A DNA stretch of 60,664 nucleotides, taken from the NCBI GenBank assembly GCA_021826685.1, contig JAKAYT010000005.1, forward strand, positions 1,068 through 61,731, written 5' to 3'. Under the pieces are notes generated by a model. The model was not told the DNA's origin. It was given only the letters and a program-made list of their open reading frames with translations, and did no database searches. The position numbers and the translations under genes are program-made. The stretch comes from Thermoplasmata archaeon. GTDB taxonomy: Archaea; Thermoplasmatota; Thermoplasmata; Lutacidiplasmatales; UBA184. How positions within the stretch are numbered: the first letter of the stretch is position 1; the number at the start of each line of letters is the position of its first letter. Below, one piece after another: positions 17,576 through 27,738 of this stretch.

Positions 17576-17992
17576 GTTTCAAAGGGGGGGATTACCAGGA
17601 CCGAAGAGCTGCCCCATGCAACGCACTCCATCGTCGAGTACGTCCACGGGTACGAGGAGGACCGGACTCTACGGGGATTCCGGTCGAAGAAGTGCGGTTT
17701 CGTCACCGCAACATGGTCGTTGCGCTGCCCGCGGTGCGGGGAGAAGGACCTTACCGAAGTCGCCCTCTCGGGAACGGGGAAGGTGGCCGCGTACACGGTC
17801 CAGACCGTGCCGAGCGACGAGTTCCTGAACGAGGCTCCGTATGCCTACGTCGTGGTCGACCTGGAGGAGGGCGGCCGTATCACCGGCTGGATGCCGGAGG
17901 TGCGGGCCGAAAAGGATCTTGCGATCGGCGACCAGGTGCACTTCGTCGCGAGCTACAAGCCCGGAGTCCAGTTCGCGAAGGGCGGGACGTAG
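17576..17992 (+). CDS. DUF35/ChsH2 zinc-ribbon plus OB-fold thiolase partner (start uncertain)
   Basis: KCG.....W..RCPRCG, GTGKV.AYTV, PYAYVVVDLEEG. No ATG/GTG/TTG in frame after the thiolase stop. Confidence 0.85.
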   Translation, partial: VSKGGITRTEELPHATHSIVEYVHGYEEDRTLRGFRSKKCGFVTATWSLRCPRCGEKDLTEVALSGTGKVAAYTVQTVPSDEFLNEAPYAYVVVDLEEGGRITGWMPEVRAEKDLAIGDQVHFVASYKPGVQFAKGGT

Positions 17993-18004
17993 GGGGATCC
18001 GATC

Positions 18005-19732
18005 ATGGCCGGCGCGACCGAATGGACGGATGCCCAACGGTTCTGGCTGGCGCATTATCCTCCGAACGTCGCCCATCACGTCTCGATCCCGGAGGTCTCC
18101 CTCCACGGGCTCGTGGCCCGGGCCGTCCGCGCGCATCCGGACCACACCGCGCTCGTCTACTACGGGCGGCGCTACTCCTACGAGGAGTTCTGGCGTGAGG
18201 CCGGCCGGTTCGCGGAGCAGCTCCGGTCCGACGGGGTCCGACCGGGGGATCGCGTCGCGTTGTACTTGCCGAACTCGCCGCTCTACCCGATCGCACTTTT
18301 CGGGATCCTGCGCGCCGGTGCGATCGCCGTCCAGATTTCTCCACTCTACTTGGGCGACGACCTAGTGACGCTCCTGCGGGACAGCGAGCCGTGCGCGATC
18401 GTCACGCTCGAGATCCTCTACCCCAACCTCGCTCGGTCGCGTGCGCAGTACCGCGTCCCGAGGGCCTATGTCGCGCGATTCCGCGATTTCTATCCCGGAT
18501 TCGCTCGCCCGTTCGTCAACCGTGTACTCCGTCGTCATGGCCGCTCCACGGACTTTCCGACCGACCCGGAGGTCGTTCCGTGGACCATCGTCCGGCGGCG
18601 GGATGGCCGGTCCTTCGCCGATGCCGACGTGAATCCCGCGACCACGGTCGCGGTGCTGCAGTACACGGGAGGGACCACCGGGACCGCGAAGGCGGCGATG
18701 CTCTCCCACCGGAACCTGATCGCCAACGTGGTCCAAGCCAACACTTGGAATGTGCGCCGCCGCGCCGGGGACGAGATCATCCTCACCGCGATCCCCCTCT
18801 TCCACATCTACGGTCTGACGGTCGGCCTCTTGCTCGGGCTGACCGAGGGGGACACGGTCGTCCTCCAGACTCAGCCCAACGTCCCCGAACTCCTCAAGCT
18901 CATCCGACGCTACCGTCCGACGCAGTTCCCCGGAGTGCCGGCCCTCTACAGCGGCCTCTTGCGAGATCCGAGGATCAAGCAGTACGATCTCCGTTCGATC
19001 CGATTCTGTCTCAGTGGATCCGCCCCGCTCCCGGGCGAAGTTCAGAAACAGTTCGAAGCGCTCACCGGCGCGGCGCTCATCGAGGGGTACGGGCTCAGCG
19101 AGACGAGCCCCGCGACGCACGTGAACCCGGTCGACGGAGATCGACGGGCCGGATCCATCGGTCTCCCGCTGCCGGACACGGACGAGAAGATCGTCGACCT
19201 CGAGACCGGAACCCGCGAACTCCCGATCGGCGAGGAAGGGGAGCTGGCCGTTCGGGGACCGCAGGTCATGCTCGGCTACTACCGGCGCCCGAGCGAGACC
19301 GCGCTCGTGCTCCAGAACGGGTGGTTCCGTACGGGGGACGTCGCGCGGCTGGACGCCGACGGTTTCGCCTACATCGTCGATCGCATCAAGGACATGATCA
19401 ATGTCGGCGGGATGAAGGTGTGGCCGCGCGAAGTGGAGGAGGTCCTCTTCCAGCATCCGGCGGTGCAGGAGGCCGCAGCGGTCGGCGTCCCGGACCCGGA
19501 CCTCGGCGAGGTGGTGAAGGCCTTCGTCGTTCTGAAACCCGGAGCGACGGCGACCGGCGCCGACCTCACCGCGTTCGTGCGCGCGCACCTGGCCCATTTC
19601 AAGGCGCCACGATCGGTGGAATTCCTCGACGCGCTTCCGCGCACGGGGGTCCAAAAGGTCCTGCGTCGCGTGCTGCGAGCCCCGACCGCCCCGGCTCCGG
19701 CGGACGGGCCGGCGCCGACCCGCCCGGACTAA
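18005..19732 (+). CDS. fadD: Long-chain fatty acid-CoA ligase
   Basis: QYTGGTTGTAK, PLFH, EGYGLSE, WFRTGD, DRIKDMI, PREVEEVL. Confidence 0.93.
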   Translation: MAGATEWTDAQRFWLAHYPPNVAHHVSIPEVSLHGLVARAVRAHPDHTALVYYGRRYSYEEFWREAGRFAEQLRSDGVRPGDRVALYLPNSPLYPIALFGILRAGAIAVQISPLYLGDDLVTLLRDSEPCAIVTLEILYPNLARSRAQYRVPRAYVARFRDFYPGFARPFVNRVLRRHGRSTDFPTDPEVVPWTIVRRRDGRSFADADVNPATTVAVLQYTGGTTGTAKAAMLSHRNLIANVVQANTWNVRRRAGDEIILTAIPLFHIYGLTVGLLLGLTEGDTVVLQTQPNVPELLKLIRRYRPTQFPGVPALYSGLLRDPRIKQYDLRSIRFCLSGSAPLPGEVQKQFEALTGAALIEGYGLSETSPATHVNPVDGDRRAGSIGLPLPDTDEKIVDLETGTRELPIGEEGELAVRGPQVMLGYYRRPSETALVLQNGWFRTGDVARLDADGFAYIVDRIKDMINVGGMKVWPREVEEVLFQHPAVQEAAAVGVPDPDLGEVVKAFVVLKPGATATGADLTAFVRAHLAHFKAPRSVEFLDALPRTGVQKVLRRVLRAPTAPAPADGPAPTRPD

Positions 19733-20922
19733 ATACCGCGCGCGAGCAGGTCGCGCGAGACCACGAGGCGCTGGATCTCGTTGGTCCCCTCGAAGATCTC
19801 GCTGATTCTCGCATCGCGGTACGCGCGCTCGATCGGCGTTCCCCGGATGTAGCCCAGCCCGCCATGGATCTGGAGCGCCTCGTCGATGACCTCGCTCGCC
19901 CACTCGGAGGCGAGGCACTTGACGATCGCGGCCTCGCGGGTCTTGTCCTGCCGCTCCAGGCGCGACCACCGGGTGGGATCGTGGCCGAGAGCATCCTGAC
20001 GCGCCGCCGCGTGGTAGACCATGAATCGGAGGGCGTGAATCTTCATCGCCATATCGGCGAGCTTGAACTGGATGACCTCGTACTCGCTGATCGGGAGCCC
20101 GAACTGCGTTCGGTTCTTGGAGAACTCGATCGCCTCGCGCGTCGCGGCCTCCATCCCACCGAGGGACGCAGCACCGAGCGAAACGCGACCCACGTCCAAA
20201 GCGGTCATCGCGACGTGGAAACCCTTGCCGACCTCTCCGAGTACCGCGTCCGCTCCGACGCGCACGTGGTCGAGGATCAGTTCGGCGGTGGAGGTACCGT
20301 GGAGGCCCATCTTCTTCTCGCAGCGCCCGACCCGGAAGCCGGGAAGGTTCGTGTCGACGAGGAAGGCGGTGACGCCTCCGTTAGGCCCGAGCTTCACGTT
20401 GTTCGCTGCCATTACGATAACTGTGTCGGCCTCTCGGCCGTTCGTGCAGTAGAGCTTCGTCCCGTTCAGGACCCAGCCATCGCCGTCCGGCTCGGCGGTC
20501 GTATGGACGGCACCGGAGTCGGATCCCGAGCCGGGTTCGGTCAAGCTGTAGGCCAGAAGTTTCTCTCCCTTCGCGGCCGGAACGAGCCACTTTTTCTTCT
20601 GGGCCTCGCTGCCGTAGTAGAGCAACGGCGTCGTTCCCAGCGAGGTGTGAGCCCCGACGATCGTTCCGTGAGACGCGTCGACCTTGCCCAGCTCCTCCAA
20701 AAGGATGCAGTAGCCGACCTTGCCAAGACCGAGTCCCCCGTACTCCTCGGGGACCGGGACTCCGAAGTACCCCTCTTCCTGCATCCGATGGACGGTCCCA
20801 CGGGGGAACTCCTCCCTTTCGTCCATCTCCCCCACGATGGGTGCCACCTCCTTCTGGAGGAAGGCGCGCACCGCGTCCCGGAACGCCTCCTGGTCGGCGG
20901 TGAACGAGAACTCGAACGGCAT
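19729..20922 (-). CDS. Acyl-CoA dehydrogenase
   Basis: YSLTEPGSGSD, KKMGLHG, R.QFG.PI, ALQIHGGLGY, YRDARI..IFEGTNEIQR. Confidence 0.96.
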   Translation of the reverse strand: MPFEFSFTADQEAFRDAVRAFLQKEVAPIVGEMDEREEFPRGTVHRMQEEGYFGVPVPEEYGGLGLGKVGYCILLEELGKVDASHGTIVGAHTSLGTTPLLYYGSEAQKKKWLVPAAKGEKLLAYSLTEPGSGSDSGAVHTTAEPDGDGWVLNGTKLYCTNGREADTVIVMAANNVKLGPNGGVTAFLVDTNLPGFRVGRCEKKMGLHGTSTAELILDHVRVGADAVLGEVGKGFHVAMTALDVGRVSLGAASLGGMEAATREAIEFSKNRTQFGLPISEYEVIQFKLADMAMKIHALRFMVYHAAARQDALGHDPTRWSRLERQDKTREAAIVKCLASEWASEVIDEALQIHGGLGYIRGTPIERAYRDARISEIFEGTNEIQRLVVSRDLLARGI

Positions 20923-20924
20923 CG

Positions 20925-21710
20925 CTAGGCCCCCGGGAACCTGGGCGGGCGGCGCTCCACGAACGCCGCGAGCCCTTCGGGAAGGTCCTTCCCGGGAAGG
21001 ACCTCGGTGCGGAAGAGCTCAGACTCGAGCGCGAGCCCTTCGGCGAAGGGACGGTCCTGGCCGCCACGAATCGCCCGTTTGGCGGCCTGCACCGCTATCG
21101 GGGAGTTCTGTGCGATGGTATGCGCGAGGTCGCGCGCGGCTCGGAGCTCGTGACCGGCGGGGACGGTCTTGTTCACGAGACCGATCCGCAGTGCCTCCGC
21201 CGCGCCGATCATCGCGCCGGTGAACACCAGTTCCTTCGCCTTCGCGGCCCCGACCAACCGCGGCAATCGTTGGGTCCCTCCGTAGGCCGGTATCAGGCCG
21301 AGCTTGGTTTCCGGCGCCCCGAGCTTGGCCGACTCTCCGGCGATGCGGAGATCGCACGAGAGCGCGAGCTCGAGCCCCCCCCCGATCGCAAGGCCATTGA
21401 CCGCCGCGATCACGGGGGTCGCAAGGTTCTCCAATCGAGCAAAGGTCTCGAGCCCCTTCGCGACCACCTGAGGAGCCTGGGTCATGTCCATCGCGGCCAT
21501 CTCCTTCACGTCAGCGCCGGCGCTGAAGTACTGGCCGTCCCCCGTCACGATGACGACCCGGGAGCGCCGGTCGGATCCGATCGCCGCCACGTGTTCGCCG
21601 AGCGCCGCGATGAGCGACGTGCTCAACGCGTTCACGGGAGGGTTCTTCAGCACGAGGATCTCGACCCCGTCTTCTTCGGTCTTGCGCCCGATCAGTTCGG
21701 AGGATGCCAT
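20925..21710 (-). CDS. Enoyl-CoA hydratase/isomerase
   Basis: FSAGADVKEM, A.GGGLELALSCD, PE.KLGLIP..GGTQRLPR. Confidence 0.95.
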   Translation of the reverse strand: MASSELIGRKTEEDGVEILVLKNPPVNALSTSLIAALGEHVAAIGSDRRSRVVIVTGDGQYFSAGADVKEMAAMDMTQAPQVVAKGLETFARLENLATPVIAAVNGLAIGGGLELALSCDLRIAGESAKLGAPETKLGLIPAYGGTQRLPRLVGAAKAKELVFTGAMIGAAEALRIGLVNKTVPAGHELRAARDLAHTIAQNSPIAVQAAKRAIRGGQDRPFAEGLALESELFRTEVLPGKDLPEGLAAFVERRPPRFPGA

Positions 21711-21821
21711 GGGAGCCTCTACGGGCGGACGCGCCCCCGCCGCTTAAGCGAGCCGCTGGACGCTGGCCCTCGCCAAGGGTTTTGAAAGGCCCGGGCTCGA
21801 CGTCGGCACAGGAGTGACCGT

Positions 21822-22481
21822 GTGACGGACGAAGCAGCGGACGAAGGCAAGACCCCTCTGTCCCGCGGCGCGGAAGCGTCGCTCCGACGGGTCGAGTGGA
21901 TGGGACTCGCCGCCATCGCGAAGGAGCGGGATGCGAAGGGGTATCGCCCGAAAGCCCTGGACCAGCGGCTGCGCACCGAGCGGACCCGCGCCGAGGTGCG
22001 CCTGTTGGTCGAAGCGCGCCGGCTCGGCGTGCGAACGCCGATCGTCTACGACATCGATCTCGCCCGCCACCGTCTGATCATGGAAGAGCTCCCGGGCTCT
22101 ACCCTGCGCGCCTGTCTCGAGGATCCCGGCTTCGACCCGGAGGCGCTGCGCGCCATGGTTCGCTCGCTCGGGGTCGCGCTCGGTCGGCTCCACGCGGGCG
22201 GGATCGCGCACGGGGACCTCACGAGTTCGAACGTGCTGTTCCCGGAGGGCCCGAACGGCCCCGCCGCGCTGATCGATCTCTCGATGGGGACCCGTAACGC
22301 CGGCGTCGAGGAGCTGGGTATTGACCTCCACCTGGTGGACGAGGACCTGAGGGCGCTGTCGCCGAAGGGCGAGGCGCTCCTGAAGGAGTTCTTCGCAGGA
22401 TACGCGGAGGGGAACCCCACGAGCCACACCGAGGTTCGTGCGCGCGCGCGGGAGATCCGCGCGCGGATGCGCTACGTCTGA
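21822..22481 (+). CDS. bud32: KEOPS kinase Bud32, stand-alone
   Basis: GAEA, KER..KGYR...LD.RLR..RTR.E, HGDLTSSN, IDLSMG. Confidence 0.92.
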   Translation: MTDEAADEGKTPLSRGAEASLRRVEWMGLAAIAKERDAKGYRPKALDQRLRTERTRAEVRLLVEARRLGVRTPIVYDIDLARHRLIMEELPGSTLRACLEDPGFDPEALRAMVRSLGVALGRLHAGGIAHGDLTSSNVLFPEGPNGPAALIDLSMGTRNAGVEELGIDLHLVDEDLRALSPKGEALLKEFFAGYAEGNPTSHTEVRARAREIRARMRYV

Positions 22482-22499
22482 CCCGGAGCGACGGTCGGC

Positions 22500-23987
22500 C
22501 TAGCCGCCCCGTGAGATCCGGTCCAATCCTGCGAGCAGCGAGGACGGAAGCTCTTCGACGATATCGGTCGCCATCACGCCGAAGCTCTTCCGCCCCGCGG
22601 CGCGGATGCCCGCGTCGCCCACCCAGAAGGTTCCGAGACGGGCCGCGTGCAATGGGGGAAGACCCTGCGCGAGCAGGCTCGCCAGCGTTCCCGCGAGGAC
22701 GTCCCCGACGCCCGAAACCGTCTGGGCGATGTGATGATGGTAGTTCTGGATCGCCACTTGCCCGTCGGTGACGATGTCGGGCTCTCCTTTCACGACGAGC
22801 AGGATGCCCCGCTCGCGCGCCACACGCTGCGCTCCATCGATCTGCTCGGACAGGGGGCGCGCCGCGTCCCCACCGAATACCCGCGCGTATTCCCCCGCGT
22901 TGGGCGTCGCGACGAGCGAGCGCCCGGTCCACACGCCTCGGCCGACGACCTCCAGCGCGTCGGCGTCGACCACGACGGGGAGCTGCGCAGGCAGCTCGCG
23001 GAGGAGCTGCTCGACCGCGGCGAGGGTCCCGGGGGAGCGGCCCGCGCCCATGCCGATCGCGATGGCCTTCGAGGGAGCGGCGCGCACGAAGGAGAGGATC
23101 CCCGCCACGTCGTGCGGGGAGAACGCCTCCGTGCCTATCCCCCGAACCACGAGGTTCGGGCTGAACGCCTGGATCCGCTCCGCGGCGTCCTTGGGGGCGA
23201 GGACGGTAGCTCGCTCCGCTCCGGTCCTCAGCGCCGAGAGGGCTGCGAGCGCGGGAGCACCCGAGTACGGACCCCCGCCGATCACGAGGATCCGGCCCGC
23301 GCGGCCGCGCCCGCGGCGCAGGGTGACCGGCCGATAGAGGACGAACTCGCCGGGTCCGGTGCGCAGCCAAGCCTCCGCCGGAATCCCGATGTCGCGGAGG
23401 ACGAGTTCGCCGCAGCGGGCCGGGGTCATCCCCTCTTTGAGGGCGGAGAGCGCGACGGTCCACTGGGGCCTCAGCGCATCGGGACCTCCGAGTCCCGTCG
23501 GTTCGTCGATCGAGAGGATCGGGACCCCGCTCGCCTGGATCGCGGAGACCGCGGAGCCGTACGGGGCGCGAAGAGCCCCCGACTGCCCGGTCCCCAGCAG
23601 CGCGTCGATGATCAGGGGGAACCGGCGGAGGTCCTCCGGGGTCGGGACACCGAGATGCACCGGCGCGTGACGCTCGATGCGTTCGAAGGACCGGCGGGCC
23701 GTGCGGGAACGGATCTCCGAGGCCGGCCGGACGAGCCATATCTCGGGAGCATACCCCCATTGCGCGAGGTAGTGGGCCGCCGAAGTGCCGTCGCCTCCGT
23801 TGTTCCCCGTTCCGGCGACGATCGCCACCGGCGCCGGCGCGGAGGGGAGATGCTTCGCGGCCTCCTCGGCCACCGCCCGCCCGGCGTTCTCCATCAGGCC
23901 ATCGATTGTGACCCCGAGCGCGACGGCGTTCTCTTCGATGACCGAGCTCTCGACGGAGGAGAGCGGTCGGCGGTCGGTGGGCCACAT
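22500..23987 (-). CDS. nnr: Bifunctional NAD(P)HX epimerase/dehydratase
   Basis: LMENAG, GTGNNGGDG, IIDALLGTG, YSGAPALA, VVDADAL, TPNAGE, GDVLAG. Confidence 0.95.
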   Translation of the reverse strand: MWPTDRRPLSSVESSVIEENAVALGVTIDGLMENAGRAVAEEAAKHLPSAPAPVAIVAGTGNNGGDGTSAAHYLAQWGYAPEIWLVRPASEIRSRTARRSFERIERHAPVHLGVPTPEDLRRFPLIIDALLGTGQSGALRAPYGSAVSAIQASGVPILSIDEPTGLGGPDALRPQWTVALSALKEGMTPARCGELVLRDIGIPAEAWLRTGPGEFVLYRPVTLRRGRGRAGRILVIGGGPYSGAPALAALSALRTGAERATVLAPKDAAERIQAFSPNLVVRGIGTEAFSPHDVAGILSFVRAAPSKAIAIGMGAGRSPGTLAAVEQLLRELPAQLPVVVDADALEVVGRGVWTGRSLVATPNAGEYARVFGGDAARPLSEQIDGAQRVARERGILLVVKGEPDIVTDGQVAIQNYHHHIAQTVSGVGDVLAGTLASLLAQGLPPLHAARLGTFWVGDAGIRAAGRKSFGVMATDIVEELPSSLLAGLDRISRGG

Positions 23988-23991
23988 ACGC

Positions 23992-24423
23992 TCAGGTCGC
24001 GACGGGCGGGTTCGGTTCGCTCTCCGTCGTGGAGAAGATGTCCATCGTCGGGGGGAGGAGCTTCCTTCGAGAAAGGTACTGCGATTGGGTCCGGCTGTAC
24101 CGGAACAGGATGTCGGCCTTTCCCTCCTGAAAGCCCCACGGGCGAACGATCAGCAGATCGCCCTCGCGGATCCACATCTTCTTCTTCATCTTCCCGGTAA
24201 TCCGACCCATCCGGGAGACGGAATCCTCGCACATGACGCGGATGCGCGCCGCCCCGAGGAGCTGGCGGGCTATCGCGAACGTTTCGCCCCGGTTGCGTCG
24301 CGGGAGCGGAAGGCGGCCCACCTCCTCCCCCCCTTCGACGACCTCAACGGTAGGGGATGGCGCGGCGACGGGCTCCTCCGCCGCCGGTGGGCGGGGCTCG
24401 GGTTCACCCTGGTTCTCGGCCAC
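23992..24423 (-). CDS. eif1a: Translation initiation factor aIF-1A
   Basis: RLPLP, QLLGAARIRV.C.D...R..RI.GKMKKKMWIREGD..IV.PW.FQ..KADI..RY. Confidence 0.95.
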   Translation of the reverse strand: MAENQGEPEPRPPAAEEPVAAPSPTVEVVEGGEEVGRLPLPRRNRGETFAIARQLLGAARIRVMCEDSVSRMGRITGKMKKKMWIREGDLLIVRPWGFQEGKADILFRYSRTQSQYLSRRKLLPPTMDIFSTTESEPNPPVAT

Positions 24424-24509
24424 AAAGCACCGAGTCGAGCGGCCTATTTAGCAACGGGGCGCCGGACCCCGGCCGCTGCGTCCGCGAACCTAACGACGGA
24501 ACCGACGGG

Positions 24510-25355
24510 TTACTCGGGTCGAAAGACCTTCTTCGGATTCTCTTCCAGGATCGCTCGCTGGACATCGGCCGGCAGGCCGAGCGCCCGGAACGCCTCGAAG
24601 TTCGTGCCCAGGTCCCGGACACCCGGACCCGGCCAATCGGTGCCGAAGATCGCTTTGGAGGCGAACTCGGCGAGGCGGGGCAGGTAGCTCGGTAGTCGGC
24701 CGGGTGGGATGCCCGAGAGCTCGAGCCAGACGTTCGGGAACCTCCGGGCGAGGAAGAGCGCCTGCTGCATCCAGAACGGTCGGCCCGCGTGGGCGAGCAC
24801 GATCGTGAGCTGTGGGAAGTCGACGGCGACGTCGTCCACGTGGAGCGGGTCTCCGAACCGGTTGCGCGCCTGCGGGAACACGGAGGTCCCCGTGTGAAAG
24901 ATCACCGGGATGTGAAGTTCCTCGGCCGTCGCGTAGATCGCGCGCAGGCGGGGATGCGGGCGACCCTCGAGGTAGTCGTTCGGATAGAACAGTTGGTGCG
25001 GCGGATGCAGCTTGATCGCTCGGATGCCCATCTCGCGGACCATCCGCGTGATCTCGCGTTTCGGATTCGGATGATCCACCTCGATGCCACCGGAAGGGAT
25101 CAGACGGGCCGGATCCGCGCGCGCGTAGCGGGCGGAGAACTCGTTGACCCGCTCGGTGTAGCCGATGACGTTCCGGCTGAGATAGTTGATGATGACGGCC
25201 CGCTCCACCCCCGCGCGATCCAGTATCTCGAGGAACTCCTTCGGGTGCTCGATCACGCGGCGGAGCTCGGGAGTGCCCGCGCCCAGCATCGCGATCGATT
25301 CCGGCCGCATCTCGTCCAGGGGGCTGAGGTGCACGTGACAATCTGTCGCTCCCAT
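24510..25355 (-). CDS. Amidohydrolase-2 family metal-dependent hydrolase/decarboxylase
   Basis: DCHVH, IKLHP, IFHTG, LAHAG, FGTDWP. Confidence 0.9.
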   Translation of the reverse strand: MGATDCHVHLSPLDEMRPESIAMLGAGTPELRRVIEHPKEFLEILDRAGVERAVIINYLSRNVIGYTERVNEFSARYARADPARLIPSGGIEVDHPNPKREITRMVREMGIRAIKLHPPHQLFYPNDYLEGRPHPRLRAIYATAEELHIPVIFHTGTSVFPQARNRFGDPLHVDDVAVDFPQLTIVLAHAGRPFWMQQALFLARRFPNVWLELSGIPPGRLPSYLPRLAEFASKAIFGTDWPGPGVRDLGTNFEAFRALGLPADVQRAILEENPKKVFRPE

Positions 25356-25450
25356 CGGCGCCTCCAACGATGCAGGACGGATAGCGGCGCCGCTCCGACC
25401 GCCCGACCCCACGCTTAATTTGGATGCTTCCGTGTCGAGGAAGGGCGCGG

Positions 25451-26752
25451 ATGTCGGAGGATTTCGATGTGATCGTGGTCGGGGCCGGAATGGCCGGCTC
25501 GGCCGCCGCGATCCGGCTCGCGCAAGCCCGGGCGAACGTGCTCCTGGTCGAACGGTCTCCCGAGGCGGGGGCGAAGAACCTCTCGGGAGGGGTCCTATGG
25601 GGCCACGACCTCGGCCGGATCCTCCCGCACTGGGCGGACGAGATGCCCGTCGAGCGGCACGTCGTGCGCAAGCGCTTCGGCCTCCTCTCCGCGGAGGGGG
25701 CGGTTTCCATCGACCTCGAGGACGAGCGGTGGAGGCGGGCGCCCTACGGGGCCCATACCGTCCTTCGAGCGCGCACCGATGCCTGGCTCGCTCGCGAGGC
25801 CGAGAAGGCGGGGGCGACGGTTGTCTCGGGGGTCCCGGTCGAGAGGCTTCTCTGGGAGGGGACCACGGTCCGCGGAATCGTGCAGGACGGTGCGGAGATG
25901 CGCGCCCCGGTGACGATCGTCGCGGACGGCGCGAACTCCCGCCTCTCCCTCGGCACGCCGATCCGCCCGGAGGCGCGGCTCGACGGGGCCGCGACGGAGC
26001 TCGGGATCAAGGAGGTCTACGCTCTCCCGAGCCGAACGATCGAGGAGCGGTTCCACCTCGGGCCCAACGAGGGCCACGCCGAGGAGTGGGTCACCGGCAT
26101 CTTCCCCGAAGGGATCATGGCCGGAGGCTTCCTCTACACCAATCGCGACACTCTCAGCCTGGGGCTCATCGTCAACATCGGTTCGCTCTTCGGGAACCAT
26201 ACCGCCTCGCATGACCTGATCGAACGGTTCAAGCTCCATCCGGCGATCCAGAACCGGCTCGCCGGCGCGGAGCTCGTCGAGTACGGAGCGAAGCTGATCA
26301 GCTCCGGTTGGGCGAGCCGCCCGAGGGCGTTCTCGGGCGCGGGTTGGATGATCGTGGGGGACGCCGCCGGCTTCGTGTTCTCGAACGGGATTGTAATCCA
26401 GGGCATGAACTACGCGATCCGCTCCGGGCTCGAGGCCGCGGAAACCGCCCTCGCCGCTCGGGCCGCCCGCGACGCTTCGGCGGCCCGCCTTCAGGAGTAC
26501 GACCGGCGCCTCGAGACCAGCGGTATCCTCGGAGACTTCCGCGACTTCGCTCGGATGGACCGCGTGAAGTGGAATCCCCGGATCTACACCGCCTACCCTG
26601 CGTTGGCGGTCGAGCTGTTCCACGCGATGATGAGCGAGGACTCCCAGCCGAAGAAGACCGTGCGCAAGATCTTCAAGGAGGTCCGCAAGCGCTCGGGCGT
26701 GTCGACGACGGCGCTGCTGCACGACGGCGCGGACGTCGCCCGCTACCTCTAG
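25451..26752 (+). CDS. fixC: FixC-like flavoprotein (ETF:quinone oxidoreductase type)
   Basis: DVIVVGAGMAG, GAKNLSGG, ADGANS, GGFLYTN..TLSLG, VGDAAG, GMN.AI.SG. Confidence 0.9.
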   Translation: MSEDFDVIVVGAGMAGSAAAIRLAQARANVLLVERSPEAGAKNLSGGVLWGHDLGRILPHWADEMPVERHVVRKRFGLLSAEGAVSIDLEDERWRRAPYGAHTVLRARTDAWLAREAEKAGATVVSGVPVERLLWEGTTVRGIVQDGAEMRAPVTIVADGANSRLSLGTPIRPEARLDGAATELGIKEVYALPSRTIEERFHLGPNEGHAEEWVTGIFPEGIMAGGFLYTNRDTLSLGLIVNIGSLFGNHTASHDLIERFKLHPAIQNRLAGAELVEYGAKLISSGWASRPRAFSGAGWMIVGDAAGFVFSNGIVIQGMNYAIRSGLEAAETALAARAARDASAARLQEYDRRLETSGILGDFRDFARMDRVKWNPRIYTAYPALAVELFHAMMSEDSQPKKTVRKIFKEVRKRSGVSTTALLHDGADVARYL

Positions 26753-27738
26753 TTCGCCGGAAGTCCCCGCACTTTGCGGACCTCGCGCGTCAGTGCGGGC
26801 AGGATCGTCAGCGCGTCGCCGACGAGGCCGTAGTCCGCGACCTTGAAGATCGGCGCGCTGGGGTCGGTGTTGATCGCGACGATCGTGCGAGAGCTGACCA
26901 TCCCCACGACATGCTGGATCGCCCCGGAGATCCCGACTGCGATGTAGAGTTGGGGAGAGACGGCGCGCCCGGTCTGTCCGACTTGGAAGGAGGTGGGGCG
27001 CCAACCGGCATCGGTGACCGCGCGCGACGCTCCGACCGCAGCGCCAAGCGATTGGGCCAGCTCCTCGATGAGATGGAAGTTCTCCGCGGCGCGCATCCCG
27101 CGGCCTCCCGACACGACGATCGTCGCGTCGGACAGCGAAGGACCCGATCCCGGCTCCGCCGGAGCTAGCGACCGTCGTCGCGCAGCCCCCTCCGTCACGG
27201 GTATCACGGAGCGATCAAGCGCGTGCACCGTCGGGGTCCCCGCCGAGGCCGCCGCCTCGGCGAACGCGTGCGGGCGCAGCGCAATGACCGTGCGAGGGCC
27301 GACGAGCCGACGACTCTCGGTCGCTCGTCCTCCATAGACCGGTCGGCGGACGTGGACCTCTTCGGGGCCGGTGATCGCGACCTCCGTCACCCCGGTCGCA
27401 GCGGCCGCGCCCCAGCGCACGGCCAGCCGACCGGTGACGTCCCGACCGAACGTCGTTCCTCCGAGCAGGACGAGGGCGGCCCGGCTCTCGTCCGCAGCGT
27501 GGGCGGCCAAGGCGGCGACGGCGCCGCTCGTAGCCGCCTCGGGCGGCACATCGGCCATCCAGACCTCCTTCAATCCGAACGAGGCGAGCGCTTCGAGCGC
27601 CGACGGTCCGCCCATCGTCACCGCCGCGACCGATCCGTCGGACCCGGCGAGGGTCCGGGCAACTCCGATCGCTTCCTTCGTGGGGCCGGTCAGGAGGCCG
27701 CCGCTCGTCTCCGCGAGGACAAGGACCGTCGGCGTCAT
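26749..27738 (-). CDS. etfA: Electron transfer flavoprotein alpha subunit
   Basis: VVSGGRG, VGASR, QVGQTG..V.P.LYIA.GISGAIQH, AIN.D..APIF..ADYG. Confidence 0.96.
   Translation of the reverse strand: MTPTVLVLAETSGGLLTGPTKEAIGVARTLAGSDGSVAAVTMGGPSALEALASFGLKEVWMADVPPEAATSGAVAALAAHAADESRAALVLLGGTTFGRDVTGRLAVRWGAAAATGVTEVAITGPEEVHVRRPVYGGRATESRRLVGPRTVIALRPHAFAEAAASAGTPTVHALDRSVIPVTEGAARRRSLAPAEPGSGPSLSDATIVVSGGRGMRAAENFHLIEELAQSLGAAVGASRAVTDAGWRPTSFQVGQTGRAVSPQLYIAVGISGAIQHVVGMVSSRTIVAINTDPSAPIFKVADYGLVGDALTILPALTREVRKVRGLPAN

Noticed and set aside
21822-22481. Stand-alone Bud32 not fused to Kae1
   Set aside because: Split and fused forms are both common in archaea.
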